A stretch of 63,828 nucleotides of DNA, counting the filler, from Chiloscyllium plagiosum (lineage: Eukaryota): NCBI RefSeq assembly GCF_004010195.1. It is 3 parts of one record of this genome, joined end to end, with 100 filler letters (N's around TTAATTAATTAA, not from the genome) between each part and the next. Parts side by side here need not be neighbours in the genome. Positions count along the whole stretch, not along the records: positions 1 to 29,053 come from NC_057717.1; 2 more parts are not named here. One strand, 5' to 3'. The first letter of the stretch is position 1. Each line of letters starts with the position of its first letter. Below the pieces are notes generated by a model, which did not search any database, had not been told where the DNA came from, and saw only the letters and a program-made list of their open reading frames with translations. The translations under genes were made by a program, and so were the position numbers. Positions 1 through 11,934 of the stretch are shown one piece after another.

Positions 1-146
1 CACCCCCTCACTCCCATTGCCCCCCCCCCAATGTTACGTCACCCATTATCCTGGTGTTCTCCCCCCTCCATTCCCCAGTTGTCGTGTTGGTTGCGTTCAC
101 TGTGGACGATGTAGCCATCTGAATGGTGTTGGTTTTCTGTGCACAG

Positions 147-325
147 CAGGCTTTGAGGAGCAGTGTAGGCCTCACCATGATCGTTCCTATGACAACGTGG
201 TGAGGCCTGGGGCCTACACTGTCAACTGGAGCTGGGCAAATCTGAACACGGGGTCCAATCCCAAAGCTGCTGAGTGCACTGTCTGCTCCTCTGGCAACGA
301 CAGCAGATTTTCATTCAAGACTTAA
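147..325 (+). other. Possible terminal coding exon of an unidentified gene
   Basis: Pyrimidine-rich acceptor TTTTCTGTGCACAG|CAG (AG at 145-146, NAGNAG) followed by an open frame GFEEQCRPHHDRSYDNVVRPGAYTVNWSW...FSFKT* in non-repetitive-looking sequence; no family recognised. Confidence 0.2.
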
Positions 326-362
326 CCCCTTCCCACCAAATATATAGGCCATTCAGCCCATC

Positions 363-836
363 AAACCTTGGTTAGACCACGTTTGGAATATTGTCCAGTT
401 CTGGTTGCCCTATTTTTGCCCAGATGTTTAAGAGAGGGTGCAGAGGAGATTTACCAGGATGCTGCGTGGACTGGAGGGCAAGTCTTATGAAGAGAGGTGA
501 CTTGATAGAGGTGTACAAGGTAATGCAAGGCATAGATAGAGTAGATAGCCAGAGACGTCTCCCCAGGGTCACAAGGGGTCACAATTTTAAAGTGACTGGA
601 GGAAGATATAGGGGAGATGTCAGAGGTTGGTTCCTTACGCAGAGAGTGGGGGGTGTGTGGAATGCACTGCCAGCAGTGGGAGTAGAGTCAGAGACATGAG
701 GGACATTGAAGCGAGGCTCGGACAGGCCCATGGACGGAGGTAAATGGAGGGGTGTGTAGGTCAGGTTGACCCCAGATGAAGGTAAATACTCAGCACCACA
801 TGTTGGGCTGAAGGGCGGGTACTGTGCTGCACTGTT
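363..836 (+). mobile_element. CR1-clade LINE, 3' end of ORF2 plus 3' UTR (degenerate)
   Basis: Frameshifted LVRPxLEYCxQFW-like and RVQRRFTRML motifs, then RGDLIEVYKVMQGIDRVD...TRGHNFKV...FLTQRVGGVWNALP; tail-like GGGCTGAAGGGCGGGTACTGTGCTG near 805-830. Confidence 0.9.
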
Positions 837-1012
837 TGCTGTCGGCCCCACAGCCACGTTCCCTCGGCGCAGGTTTCCAGGGGAAGGGGAGGAGGGTGAT
901 CGAGGGGGAAAGGAAGTGGAGGGTGAGGGGGAGCGGGTGGGAAAGGGCAGCTCAGTCAACAACAACAGCAGCCATTATCGTACTGAGGGGCAGAGCAGCC
1001 TTCAGGGGTCAG

Positions 1013-4000
1013 ACATAATCATAGACTCCCTACAGTGCGGGAACAGGCCCTTCGGCCCATCGTAGACTCCCAACAGTGTGGGAATAGGCCCTTCGGCCCA
1101 TCATAGAATCATAGACTCCCTACAGTGCGGGAACAGGCCCTTCGGCCCATCAGAGAATCATAGACTCCCTACAGTGAGTGAACAGGCCCTTCGGCCCATC
1201 AGAGAATCATAGACTCCCTACAGTGTGGGAACGGGCCCTTCGGCCCATCATAGACTCCCTACAGTGCGGGAACAGGCCCTTCGGCCCATCGTAGACTCCC
1301 TACAGTGTGGGAATAGGCCCTTCGGCCCATCATAGAATCATAGACTCCCTACAGTGTGGGAACAGGCCCTTCGGCCCATCATAGAATCATAGACTCCCTA
1401 CAGTGTGGGAACAGTCCCTTCGGCCCATCATAGACTCCCTACAGTGTGGGAACCGGCCCTTCGGCCCGTCATAGACTCCCTACCGTGTGGGAACCGGCCC
1501 TTCGGCCCATCATAGACTCCCTACAATTTGGGAACAGGCCCTTCGGCCCATCACAGAATCATAGACTCCCTACAGTGTGGGAACAGGCCCTTCGGCCCAT
1601 CATAGACTCCCTACAGTGTGGGAACAGGCACTTCGGCCCATCATAGACACCCTACAGTGTGGGAACAGGCCCTTCGGCCCATCATAGAATCATAGACTCC
1701 CTACAGTGTGGGAACAGGCCCTTCGGCCCATCATAGACTCCCTTCAGTGTGGGAACAGTCCCTTCGGCCCATCATAGACACCCTAAAGTGTGTGAACAGG
1801 CCTTTCGGCCCATCATAGACACCCTACAGTGTGGGATCAGGCCCTTCGGGCCATCAAAGTATAATAGACTCCCTACAGTGTGGGAACAGGCCCTTCGGCC
1901 CATCATACACACCCTACAGTGTGGGATCAGGCCGTTCGGCCCATCATAGACTCCCTACAATGTGGGAACAGGCCCTTCGGCCCATCATAGACTCCCTACA
2001 ATGTGGGAACAGGCCCTTCGGCCCATCATAGACACCCTACAGTGTGGGATCAGGCCCTTCGGCCCATCATAGACTCCCTACAATGTGGCAACAGGCCATT
2101 CGGCCCATCATAGACTCCCTACAATGTGGGAACAGGCCCTTCGGCCCATCATAGACTCCCTTCAGTGTGGGAACAGGCCCTTCGGCCCATCATACACACC
2201 CTATAGTGTGGGAACAGGCCCTTCGGCCCATCATACACACCCTACAGTGTGGGATCAGGCCCTTCGGCCCATCATAGACTCCCTACAATGTGGGAACAGG
2301 TGCTTCGGCCCATCATAGACTCCCTCCAGTGTGGGATCAGGCCCTTCGGCCCATCATAGATTCCCTACAATGTGGGAACAGGCCCTTCGGCCCATTATAG
2401 TATCATAGACGCCCTACAGTGCGGGGACAGGCCCTTCGGCCCATCATAGACTCACTACAGTGTGGGATCAGGCCCTTCGGCCCATCATAGACTCCCTACA
2501 GTGTGGGATCAGGCCCTTCGGCCCATCATAGACTCACTACAGTGTGGGAACAGGCCGTTCGGCCCATCATAGACACCCTACAGTGTGGGAACAGGCCCTT
2601 CGGCCCATCATAGATTGCCTACAGTGTGGGAACAGGCCCTTCGGCCCATCATAGACACCCTACAGAGTGGGCATAGGCCCTTCGGCCCAGCATAGAAACA
2701 TTAGACTCCCTACAGAGTGGGAACAGGCCCTTCGGCCCGTCATAGACACACTACAGAGTGGGCATAGGCCCTTCGGCCCAGCATAGAAACATTAGACTCC
2801 CTACAGAGTGGGAACAGGCCCTTCGGCCCGTCATAGACTCCCTGCAGAGTGGGAACAGGCCCTTCGGCCCATAGTAGACTCCCTACAGTGCGGGAACAGG
2901 CCCTTCGGCCCATCATTGACTCCCTACAGTGTGGGAACAGGCCCTTCGGCCCATAGTAGACTCCCTACAGTGTGGGAACAGGCCCTTTGGCCCATCATTG
3001 ACTCCCTACAGTGTGGGAACAGGCCCTTCGGCCCATCATAGACTCCCTACAGCGTGGGAACAGGCCCTTCGGCCCATCATAGAATCATAGACTCCCTACA
3101 GTCTGGGTACAGGCCCTTCGGCCCATCATACATCCCTCCAGTGTGGGTTCAGGCCCTTCGGCCCATCATAGACTCCCAACAGTGTGCGTACCGGCCCTTC
3201 GGCCCATCATACAACCCTACAGTGTGGGTACAGGCCCTTCGGCCCATCATACATCCCTACAGTGTGGGAACAGGCCCTTCGGCCCATCATGGACGCCCTA
3301 TAGTGTAGGAACAGGCCCTTCGGCCCATCATAGACTCCCTACAGTGTGGGAACAGGCCCTTCGGCCCATCATAGACTCCCTACAGTGTGGGATCAGGCCT
3401 TTCGGCCCATCATAGACTCCCTACAGAGTGGGGACAGGCCCTTCGGCCCATCATTGAATCATAGTCTCCCTACAGTGTGGGAACAGGCCCTTCGGCCCAT
3501 CAGAGTCTCCCACAGTTTGGGAACAGGCCCTTCGGCCCATCATACACACCCTACAGTGTGTGAACAGGCCTTTCGGCCCATCATACACACCCTACAGTGT
3601 GTGAACAGGCCCTTCGGCCCATCATAGACACCCTATAGTGTAGGAACAGGCCCTTCGGCCCATCATAGACTCCCTTCAGTGTGGGAACAGGCCCTTCGGC
3701 CCATCATAGACACCCTACAGTGCGGGAACAGGCCCTTTGGACCATAATAGACTCCCTACAGTGTGGGAACAGGCCCTTCGGCCCATCATACTCTCCCTCC
3801 AGTGGGAACAGGCCCTTCGGCCCATCATAGAATCATAGACTCACTACAGTGCGGGAACAGGCCCTTCGGCCCATCATAGATTCATAGACTCCCTACAGTG
3901 TGGGAACAGGCCCTTCGGCCCATCATAGAATCATAGACTCCCTACAGTGAGTGAAGTGGCCCTTCGGCCCATCATAGACTCCCTACATTATGGGAACAGG

Positions 4001-7000
4001 CCCTTCGGCCCATCATAGACGCCCTACAGTGTGGGAACAGGGACTTCGGCCCATCATACATCCCTACATTATGGGAACAGGCCCTTCGGCCCATCATAGA
4101 CTCCCTACCGTGTGGGAACAGGCCCTTCGGCCCATCATAGACTCCGTACAGTGCGGGAACAGGCCCTTCGGCCCATCATAGACTCCCTACATTGTGGGAA
4201 CAGGCCCTTCGGCCCATCATAGAATCATAGACTCCGTACAGTGTGGGAACAGGCCCTTCGGCCCATCATAGACTCCCTACAGAGTGGGAACAGGCCCTTC
4301 GGCCCATCATAGACTCCCTACAGAGTGGGAACAGGCCCTTCGGCCCATCATAGACTCCCTACATTGTGGGAACAGGCCCTTCGGCCCATCATAGACACCC
4401 TACAGTGTGGGAACAGGCCCTTCGGCCCATCATAGACGCCCTACAGTGTGGGAACACGCCCTTCGGCCCATCATAGACTCCCTACAGTGTGGGAACAGGC
4501 CCTTCGGCCCATCATAGACTCCCTACATTGTGGGAACAGGTCCTTCGGCCCATCATAGAATCATAGACTCCCTACAGTGTGGGAACAGGCCATTCGGCCC
4601 ATCATCGACTCCCTACATTGTGGGAACAGGCCGTTCGTCCCATCATAGACTCCCTACAGTGAGATATCAGGCCTTTCGGCCCATCATAGACTCCCTACAG
4701 TGCGGGAACAGGCCCTTCGGCCCATCATAGAATCATAGACTCCCTACAGTGAGTGAAGTGGCCCTTCGGCCCATCATAGAATCATAGACTCCCTACAGTG
4801 TGGGAACAGGCCCTTCGGCCCATCATAGAATCATAGACTCCCTACAGTGAGTGAAGTGGCCCTTCGGCCCATCATAGACTCCCTACATTATGGGAACAGG
4901 CCCTTCGGCCCATCATAGACGCCCTACAGTGTGGGAACAGGCCCTTCGGCCCATCATAGACTCCCTACCGTGTGGGAACAGGCCCTTCGGCCCATCAGCC
5001 CATCATAGACTCCCTACAGTGTGGGAACAGGCCTTTCGGCCCATCATAGACACCCTACAGTGTGGGAACACGCCCTTCGGCCCATCATAGACTCCCTACA
5101 TTGTGGGAACAGGCCCTTCGGCCCATCATAGACACCCTACAGTGTGGGAACAGACCCTTCGGCCCATCATAGACACCCTACAGTGTGGGAACAGGCCCTT
5201 CGGCCCATCATAGACTCCCTACCGTGTGGGAACAGGCCCTTCGGCCCATCATAGATTCCCTACATTGTGTGAACAGGTCCTTCGGCCCATCATAGAATCA
5301 TAGACTCCCTACAGTGAGTGAACTGGCCCTTCGGCCCATCATAGACACCCTACAGTGCGGGAACAGGCCCTTCGGCCCATCATAGACTCCCTACATTGTG
5401 TGAACAGGTCCTTCGGCCCATCATAGAATCATAGACTCCCTACAGTGAGTGAACTGGCCCTTCGGCCCATCAAAGACTCCCTCCAGTGTGGGAACAGGCC
5501 CTTCGGCCCATCATACACTAACTACAGTGTGGGAACAGGCCCTTCGGCCCATCATAGATTCCCTACATTGTGTGAACAGGCCCTTCGGCCCATCATAGAC
5601 TCCCTACCGTGTGGGAACAGGCCCTTCGGCCCATCATAGAATCATAGACTCCCTACAGTGCGGGACCAGGCCCTTCGTCCCATCATAGAATCATAGACTC
5701 CCTACAGTGTGGGAACAGGCCCTTCGGCCCATCATAGACTCCCTACAGTGCGGGAACAGGCCCTTCGGCCCATCATGGACTCCCTACAATGAGGGAACAG
5801 GCCCTTCGGCCCATCATAGACTCCCTACAGTGTGGGAACAGGCCCTTCGGCCAATCATAGACTCCCTACATTGTGGGAACAGGCCCTCCGGCCCATCATA
5901 GACACCCTACAGTGTGGGAACAGGCCCTTCGGCCCATCATAGACTCATTACAGTGCGGGAATAGGCCCTTCGGCCCATCATAGACTCCCTACATTGTGGG
6001 AACAGGCCCTTCGGCCCATCATACACTCCCTACAGTGTGGGAACAGGCCCTTCGGCCCATCATAGACACCCTACAGTGTGGGAATAGGCCCTTCGGCCCA
6101 TCATGGATACCCTACAATGAGGGAACAGGCACTTCGGCCCATCATACACTACCTAGAGTGTGGGAACAGGCCCTTCGGCCCATCATAGACACCCGACAGT
6201 GTGGGAACAGGCTCTTCGGCCCATCATAGAATCATAGACACCCGACAGTGTGGGAACAGGCCCTTCGGCCCATCATAGAATCATAGACTCTCTACATTGT
6301 TGGAAAATGCCCTTCGGCCCATCATACTCGCCCTCCAATGTGGAAACAGGCCCTTCGGCCCATCATACACTAACTACAGTGCGGGAACAGGCCCTTCGGC
6401 CCATCATAGAATCATAGACTCTCTACATTGTTGGAAAATGCCCTTCGGCCCATCATACTCGCCCTCCAATGTGGAAACAGGCCCTTCGGCCCATCATACA
6501 CTACCTACAGTGCGGGAACAGGCCCTTCGGCCCATCATAGACTCCCTAAAGTGCAGGAACAGGACCTTCGGCCCATCATTCACATCCCTACATTGTGGGA
6601 ACAGGCCCTTCGGCCCATCATAGAATCATAGACTCCCTACAGTGAGTGAAGTGGCCCTTCGGCCCATCATAGACACCCTACAGTGTGGGAACAGGCCCTT
6701 CGGCCCATCATAGACACCCTACAGTGTGGGAACAGGCCTTTCGGCCCATCATAGACAACATACCGTGTGGGAACAGGCCCTTCGGCCCATCATAGACTCC
6801 CTACCGTGTGGGAACAGGCCCTTCGGCACATCATAGATTCAGAGACTCCCTTCAGTGTGGGAACAGGCCCTTCGGCCCATCATAGACTCCCTACAGTGTG
6901 GGATCAGGCCCTTCGGCCCATCAAAGACTCCCTCCAGTGTGGGAACAGGCCCTTCGGCCCATCATACACTAACTACAGTGTGGGAACAGGCCCTTCGGCC

Positions 7001-7085
7001 CATCATACACTACCTACAGTGAGGGAACAGGCATTTCGGCCAATCATAGACTCCCTACAGTGTGGGAACAGGCCCTTCGGCCCAT
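1013..7085 (-). repeat. Tandem satellite, 41-bp unit CATAGACTCCCTACAGTGTGGGAACAGGCCCTTCGGCCCAT, with a 49-bp variant carrying extra CATAGAAT; derived from the CR1/HE1 3' tail
   Basis: Well over 100 head-to-tail units running into an N gap; the reverse complement matches the LINE/SINE tail seen at 34945-34975. Confidence 0.97.
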
Positions 7086-7585
7086 NNNNNNNNNNNNNNN
7101 NNNNNNNNNNNNNNNNNNNNNNNNNNNNNNNNNNNNNNNNNNNNNNNNNNNNNNNNNNNNNNNNNNNNNNNNNNNNNNNNNNNNNNNNNNNNNNNNNNNN
7201 NNNNNNNNNNNNNNNNNNNNNNNNNNNNNNNNNNNNNNNNNNNNNNNNNNNNNNNNNNNNNNNNNNNNNNNNNNNNNNNNNNNNNNNNNNNNNNNNNNNN
7301 NNNNNNNNNNNNNNNNNNNNNNNNNNNNNNNNNNNNNNNNNNNNNNNNNNNNNNNNNNNNNNNNNNNNNNNNNNNNNNNNNNNNNNNNNNNNNNNNNNNN
7401 NNNNNNNNNNNNNNNNNNNNNNNNNNNNNNNNNNNNNNNNNNNNNNNNNNNNNNNNNNNNNNNNNNNNNNNNNNNNNNNNNNNNNNNNNNNNNNNNNNNN
7501 NNNNNNNNNNNNNNNNNNNNNNNNNNNNNNNNNNNNNNNNNNNNNNNNNNNNNNNNNNNNNNNNNNNNNNNNNNNNNNNNNNNNN

Positions 7586-8940
7586 GGGTGTACAGGCATT
7601 GCAGTACGGGTCTGAGAACGCAGTTGTGGGTTCAAAAGGAATACAGTCGTGAGCTGAGGACACAACCGTACGTGTGCAGTGAGTACAGTAGGGATCTGAG
7701 GACACAACTGTTGATGTACTGGAAGAACTGCAGTGGCTGAGCGCACAACCGGGTTTATTCATGGAGTACCGTCGGGGGCTGAGGTCATGGACACGGGTGT
7801 ACAGGGAATTCAGTTGGAGGCGGAAGAAACACCTGTGGGTGTACATAGAGTTCAGTAGAGCGCTGAGGACACAGCCATGTGTATACACGGAGTATAGTAG
7901 GGGGGAGGGCACAGCCGTGGGTATACGTGGAGCATAGTAGAGGGTTGAGGAAAAAGCCATGGGTGTGCAGCGAGTACAGTAGGGAGCTGAGGGCACAGTC
8001 ATGGGGGTAGAGCGAGTAGAGCAGGGCGCTGAGGGCACAGTTGTGGTTATACAGGGAGTACAGTCGTGTGCTGAGGACACAGCCGTTGATGTAACGGGAG
8101 CACAGAGGAGGTCTGAGGACAGAGCAGTGGGTATGCAGGGAGAACATTAGGAGACTGAGTGCACAGCCGTGTCTATACAGGGAGTACATTAGGAGGCTGA
8201 GAGCACATCCATGTGTATATACGGAGTACAGTAGGGGCTGCGGTCATTGCCGTGGGTATTCAGGGAGTACAGTTGGGGACTGAAGAGAGCGATGTGGGAT
8301 TACTGGGAATACTGCCGCAGTTGAGCTCACAGCTGTGGGTGTGAAGAGGGGGGCTGAGGGAAAGCCGTGGGTGTACAAGGAATACATTTGGGGCTGAGTA
8401 CACAGCTGTGGGTATATGGGGAGTACAGTAGGGTGATTAGGGCACAGCCTTTGGTGTACATGGAGTACAGTAATGGCTAAAGACACAGCCATGTGTGTAC
8501 AGGGAGTACAGTAGGGAGACGAGGACACAGCCGTGTACACAGAATGTACAGTGGCGGCTGAGGACACAGTCATGCGTGTCCGGGGAGTACAGTAGGGTGC
8601 TAAGTACACAGTTGTAGGTATGTAGGGGGCACAGTTGTGTGCTGAGGGCACAGTCGTGTGTGTACAGGTTGTACTGTCGTGAGCTGAGAACTCAGCCATG
8701 TGTGTACGGGGAGTACAGTAAGCGGTCTGACGGCACAGCCGTGGATGTGCAAGGCGTATAGTCGGGTGCTTAGGACAGAACCTTGGTTGCACAGGGGGTG
8801 CAGTAGCCGTCTGAGGACACAGCTGTGCGTACGCACGGTGTACAGTAGTGACAGAGGGCACAGCTGTGGGTGCAGAGGGAGTAAGTTAGGGGGCTGAGGA
8901 CAGAGCTGTGTGTGCAGGGAGTACAGTAGGGTCTGAGGTC
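7586..8940 (-). repeat. Diverged ~42-bp tandem satellite derived from a non-LTR RT motif (unit ~GGGTGTACAGGGAGTACAGTAGGGGGCTGAGGACACAGCCGT)
   Basis: Minus-strand translation repeats HGCVLSPLLYSLYT-like 14-mers (ORF 7785..8189), matching the Rex1/Babar-type RT motif QGCVLSPLLYSLYTHDC. Confidence 0.88.
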
Positions 8941-8944
8941 ATAT

Positions 8945-9050
8945 CTATAGTGTGATGCGAATGTTACTGACCACTTGTCAACCCAAGCCTGGATATTGGA
9001 CATGAACTGCTTCAGTATTTTAGGAGTTGCGAATGGACCTGAACAGCGAG
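8945..9050 (-). mobile_element. Short LINE RT fragment (CR1/L2 group)
   Basis: NIQAWVDKWSVTF matches the RT C-terminal motif DLDNIQAWADKWQVTF. Confidence 0.7.
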
Positions 9051-9239
9051 GGGGATCACTGACAGAGAGGAAATCAGGATCGCAGCTGTGTGTCAAATAG
9101 TGACTGATAAAGTTTGCACACCATTTCCATGGTTTTGAAATCCACATTTCAACCTATGTAGCCCAATATCAGGAGTTCATTATAAAAATCTTATAAATTT
9201 GTTATTTCCATATTTTAATGTGTACAGAAAGCCAGTTTG

Positions 9240-9850
9240 TGCCTGTATTTTGTATTGCATGAACACATTCCATTAATATTGTCTCTGCTAATTCCTCATT
9301 GTAGATGTAACCTTGAATCTGTTCTTCATATGAGTTATAAAGGGTAACGCTCTAATACTGATAACTAGGGAACATCACTGTCCCTCCTCCAAGTCTGAAA
9401 AGCCATGTCCCTCAGTCTTGTCTATCGCCTGTCTTCTCCCCAGTGTCATAATCACAATGTAATTGAAATCCAGTAAACGATTCTTCATCTCAGTTTCTTA
9501 ACATGGATAACATCGATAGCATGACCCTCTCGTGCCCCCTCTGATTCTGGAATAACAATCTGAACTTTGTTTGTAAAGTACAATTTTCTGTTAACATATC
9601 CATGCTGTTTGTTTGTTATAAACGCACTTTGCATTAGGCACATTTTGCCATCAAACATGGATGATAGATGTTCTCTCAATGTTTTGCTGATTTTACAATG
9701 ACTGAGCAGTAGTTACAGGATTTATTTCTCCATTTATGATCAGACAATCATGTTTGAGTTCCGTTAACCCTATGGCATTACTTCAATATCCAAGGCAGAC
9801 TGAATGATTATACACAATCAATCTGCCATCTCCAACATTCCTTCCTGCAG
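9240..9850 (-). mobile_element. Old degenerate CR1 ORF2 fragment
   Basis: QHGYVNRKLYFTN and AIDVIH resemble the CR1 RT motifs QHGFVKGKSCLTN and AVDVIY; boundaries approximate. Confidence 0.6.
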
Positions 9851-10106
9851 TCACACTCCCACATCACATCCAGAATGCATAAATATTATTTTGAATATTA
9901 ACAAAATAGAATTGAATTGAAACGTTTAATTGGAGCTATGTGTTCAGCTATTGTGATTATGTCAGTCTCCATGAATCCTATGCGTCCCTGAAGGGTTTCC
10001 TCTTCTATCAAGAACGAAGTATTTTCAATATGTCATCCCAGAGTATGATCGGGAGCATTACTCACAGCAAGTAACAGGGATGTGAAGCTCCAGAGAGAGA
10101 GGGAGG

Positions 10107-10323
10107 AAAGATCAGAAACTGAGAACATTAGACAGGAATATTCAAACAATGGATTAGAATCTGAGAACATTAGACTGGAATGTTCAAACTATGGAAAGGA
10201 GTTTATCCTCGGGTCTTTTCTGGCTTTTTCACCTTTGGCTATCATTAGCATTGTGGATTGAAGATGTATTGATGGTTATTCAAGCTAGCTACAATCTTAT
10301 CCTAGATATAGTTGGTGTTCCTG
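10107..10323 (+). pseudogene. Exon 1 of a GPR139-like class A GPCR (N-terminus to start of TM1), probably decayed
   Basis: Frame KDQKLRTLDRNIQTMD*NLRTLDWNVQTMERSLSS...IQASYNLILDIVGVP ends at a phase-1 donor CCTG|GTAAGT (10323/10324) and resembles the family TM1 start YYPILAIVGVP-VN. In-frame TAG at 10155; an alternative ATG at 10191 gives an open exon. Confidence 0.75.
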
Positions 10324-11209
10324 GTAAGTCACACTATCTGTCTACTGAAACGGTTTGAACCAGATTGCTGCTTGTGATATGTAAATTTTGGAAAGGTGCA
10401 TGTCAATACTTCCAGTTCCATACAAATATTCCATTTCGTACAAATCATACCTTGCAATTTACTCAATACAAATTATTCACCAATATGCGAGGTTGAAACA
10501 GAATGTTCTCAAACTCCTTGCTCTTTTTTCTCCTGCAATGACTTACATATCCAATCCATCCCACTCACCAATCCTGTCCAGTACTCCCTCCTCTGCCTCA
10601 GTGCAACTCCTGAATAGACCATCGTTTGCGCCTTTGTTNNNNNNNNNNNNNNNNNNNNNNNNNNNNNNNNNNNNNNNNNNNNNNNNNNNNNNNNNNNNNN
10701 NNNNNNNNNNNNNNNNNNNNNNNNNNNNNNNNNNNNNNNNNNNNNNNNNNNNNNNNNNNNNNNNNNNNNNNNNNNNNNNNNNNNNNNNNNNNNNNNNNNN
10801 NNNNNNNNNNNNNNNNNNNNNNNNNNNNNNNNNNNNNNNNNNNNNNNNNNNNNNNNNNNNNNNNNNNNNNNNNNNNNNNNNNNNNNNNNNNNNNNNNNNN
10901 NNNNNNNNNNNNNNNNNNNNNNNNNNNNNNNNNNNNNNNNNNNNNNNNNNNNNNNNNNNNNNNNNNNNNNNNNNNNNNNNNNNNNNNNNNNNNNNNNNNN
11001 NNNNNNNNNNNNNNNNNNNNNNNNNNNNNNNNNNNNNNNNNNNNNNNNNNNNNNNNNNNNNNNNNNNNNNNNNNNNNNNNNNNNNNNNNNNNNNNNNNNN
11101 NNNNNNNNNNNNNNNNNNNNNNNNNNNNNNNNNNNNNNNNNNNNNNNNNNNNNNNNNNNNNNNNNNNNNNNNNNNNNNNNNNNNNNNNNNNNNNNNNNNN
11201 NNNNNNNNN

Positions 11210-11930
11210 TAGGGGAGGGGAGGGAAATATATCCTTGGTGGTGGGGTCTGGTGTGGAGGTGGCGGAAATGGCGGAGGATAATACGTTGTATCTGAAGGTT
11301 GGTGGAGTGGTAGGTGAGGACCAGTGGGGTTCTGTCCTGGTGGCGATTGGGGTTCGGGGTTCAAGGGCGGAGGAGCGGGAAGTGGAGGAGATGTGGTGGA
11401 GAGCAACGTCAACCACATCTGAGGGGAATTTGCGGTCTTTGAAGAAGTAGGCCTTCTGGGTTGTTCAGTATTGGAATTGGTCCTCCTGGGAGCAGATGCG
11501 GTGGAGGCGAACGAATTTGGACGTGGCTGAAGAGCTTCAGAACAGAGGAGATGACCTGGAGGGTGTAGTGAGAGAGGGACTCACTGAGATTCTTGTAGAG
11601 GGCGGAAGAGAGCTTCGTCAAGGAAGGCATCCTTCCAAGAGGATTCGCAGTAGGTTAAAATCAACTGGGAGAAAGTGAGGATTGCAGATGCTGGGGAACA
11701 GAGCTGAAAAATGTGTTGCTGGAAAAATGCAGCAGGTCAGACAGCATCAAAGGAGCAGGAGATTCGACGTTTCGGGCATAAGTCCTTCTTCGGGAATGAG
11801 GAGAGTGTGCCAAGCAGGCTAAGGTAAGAGGTAGGGAGGAAGGACTAGGGGGAGGGGGGATGAGAATGCGATGGGTGAACGGAGGTTAAGTTGAGGGTTA
11901 AAGGCCAGAGAGGGGCGGGGGCGGGGACAG
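11210..11930 (-). mobile_element. Penelope-like element fragment with tandem terminal (pseudo-LTR) segment
   Basis: PDPTTKDIFPSPPL linker motif; terminal segment GATGCTGG...CGACGTTTCGGGCATAAG at 11685-11800 with a hammerhead-like core. Confidence 0.8.
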
Positions 11931-11934
11931 CCAA

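Noticed and set aside
1446..6631. Many short MGTGPSAHH/WEQALRP ORFs
   Set aside because: They are translations of the 41-bp satellite.
1013..7085. CRISPR array (palindromic repeat with variable intervening sequence)
   Set aside because: The intervening parts are mutated versions of one sequence, not unique spacers; there are no cas genes; the context is vertebrate; the unit matches a LINE/SINE tail.
6767..11450. Long ORFs spanning N runs (also at 20.6-21.5, 36.6-37.6 and 49.7-50.5 kb)
   Set aside because: Their length comes from untranslatable Ns.
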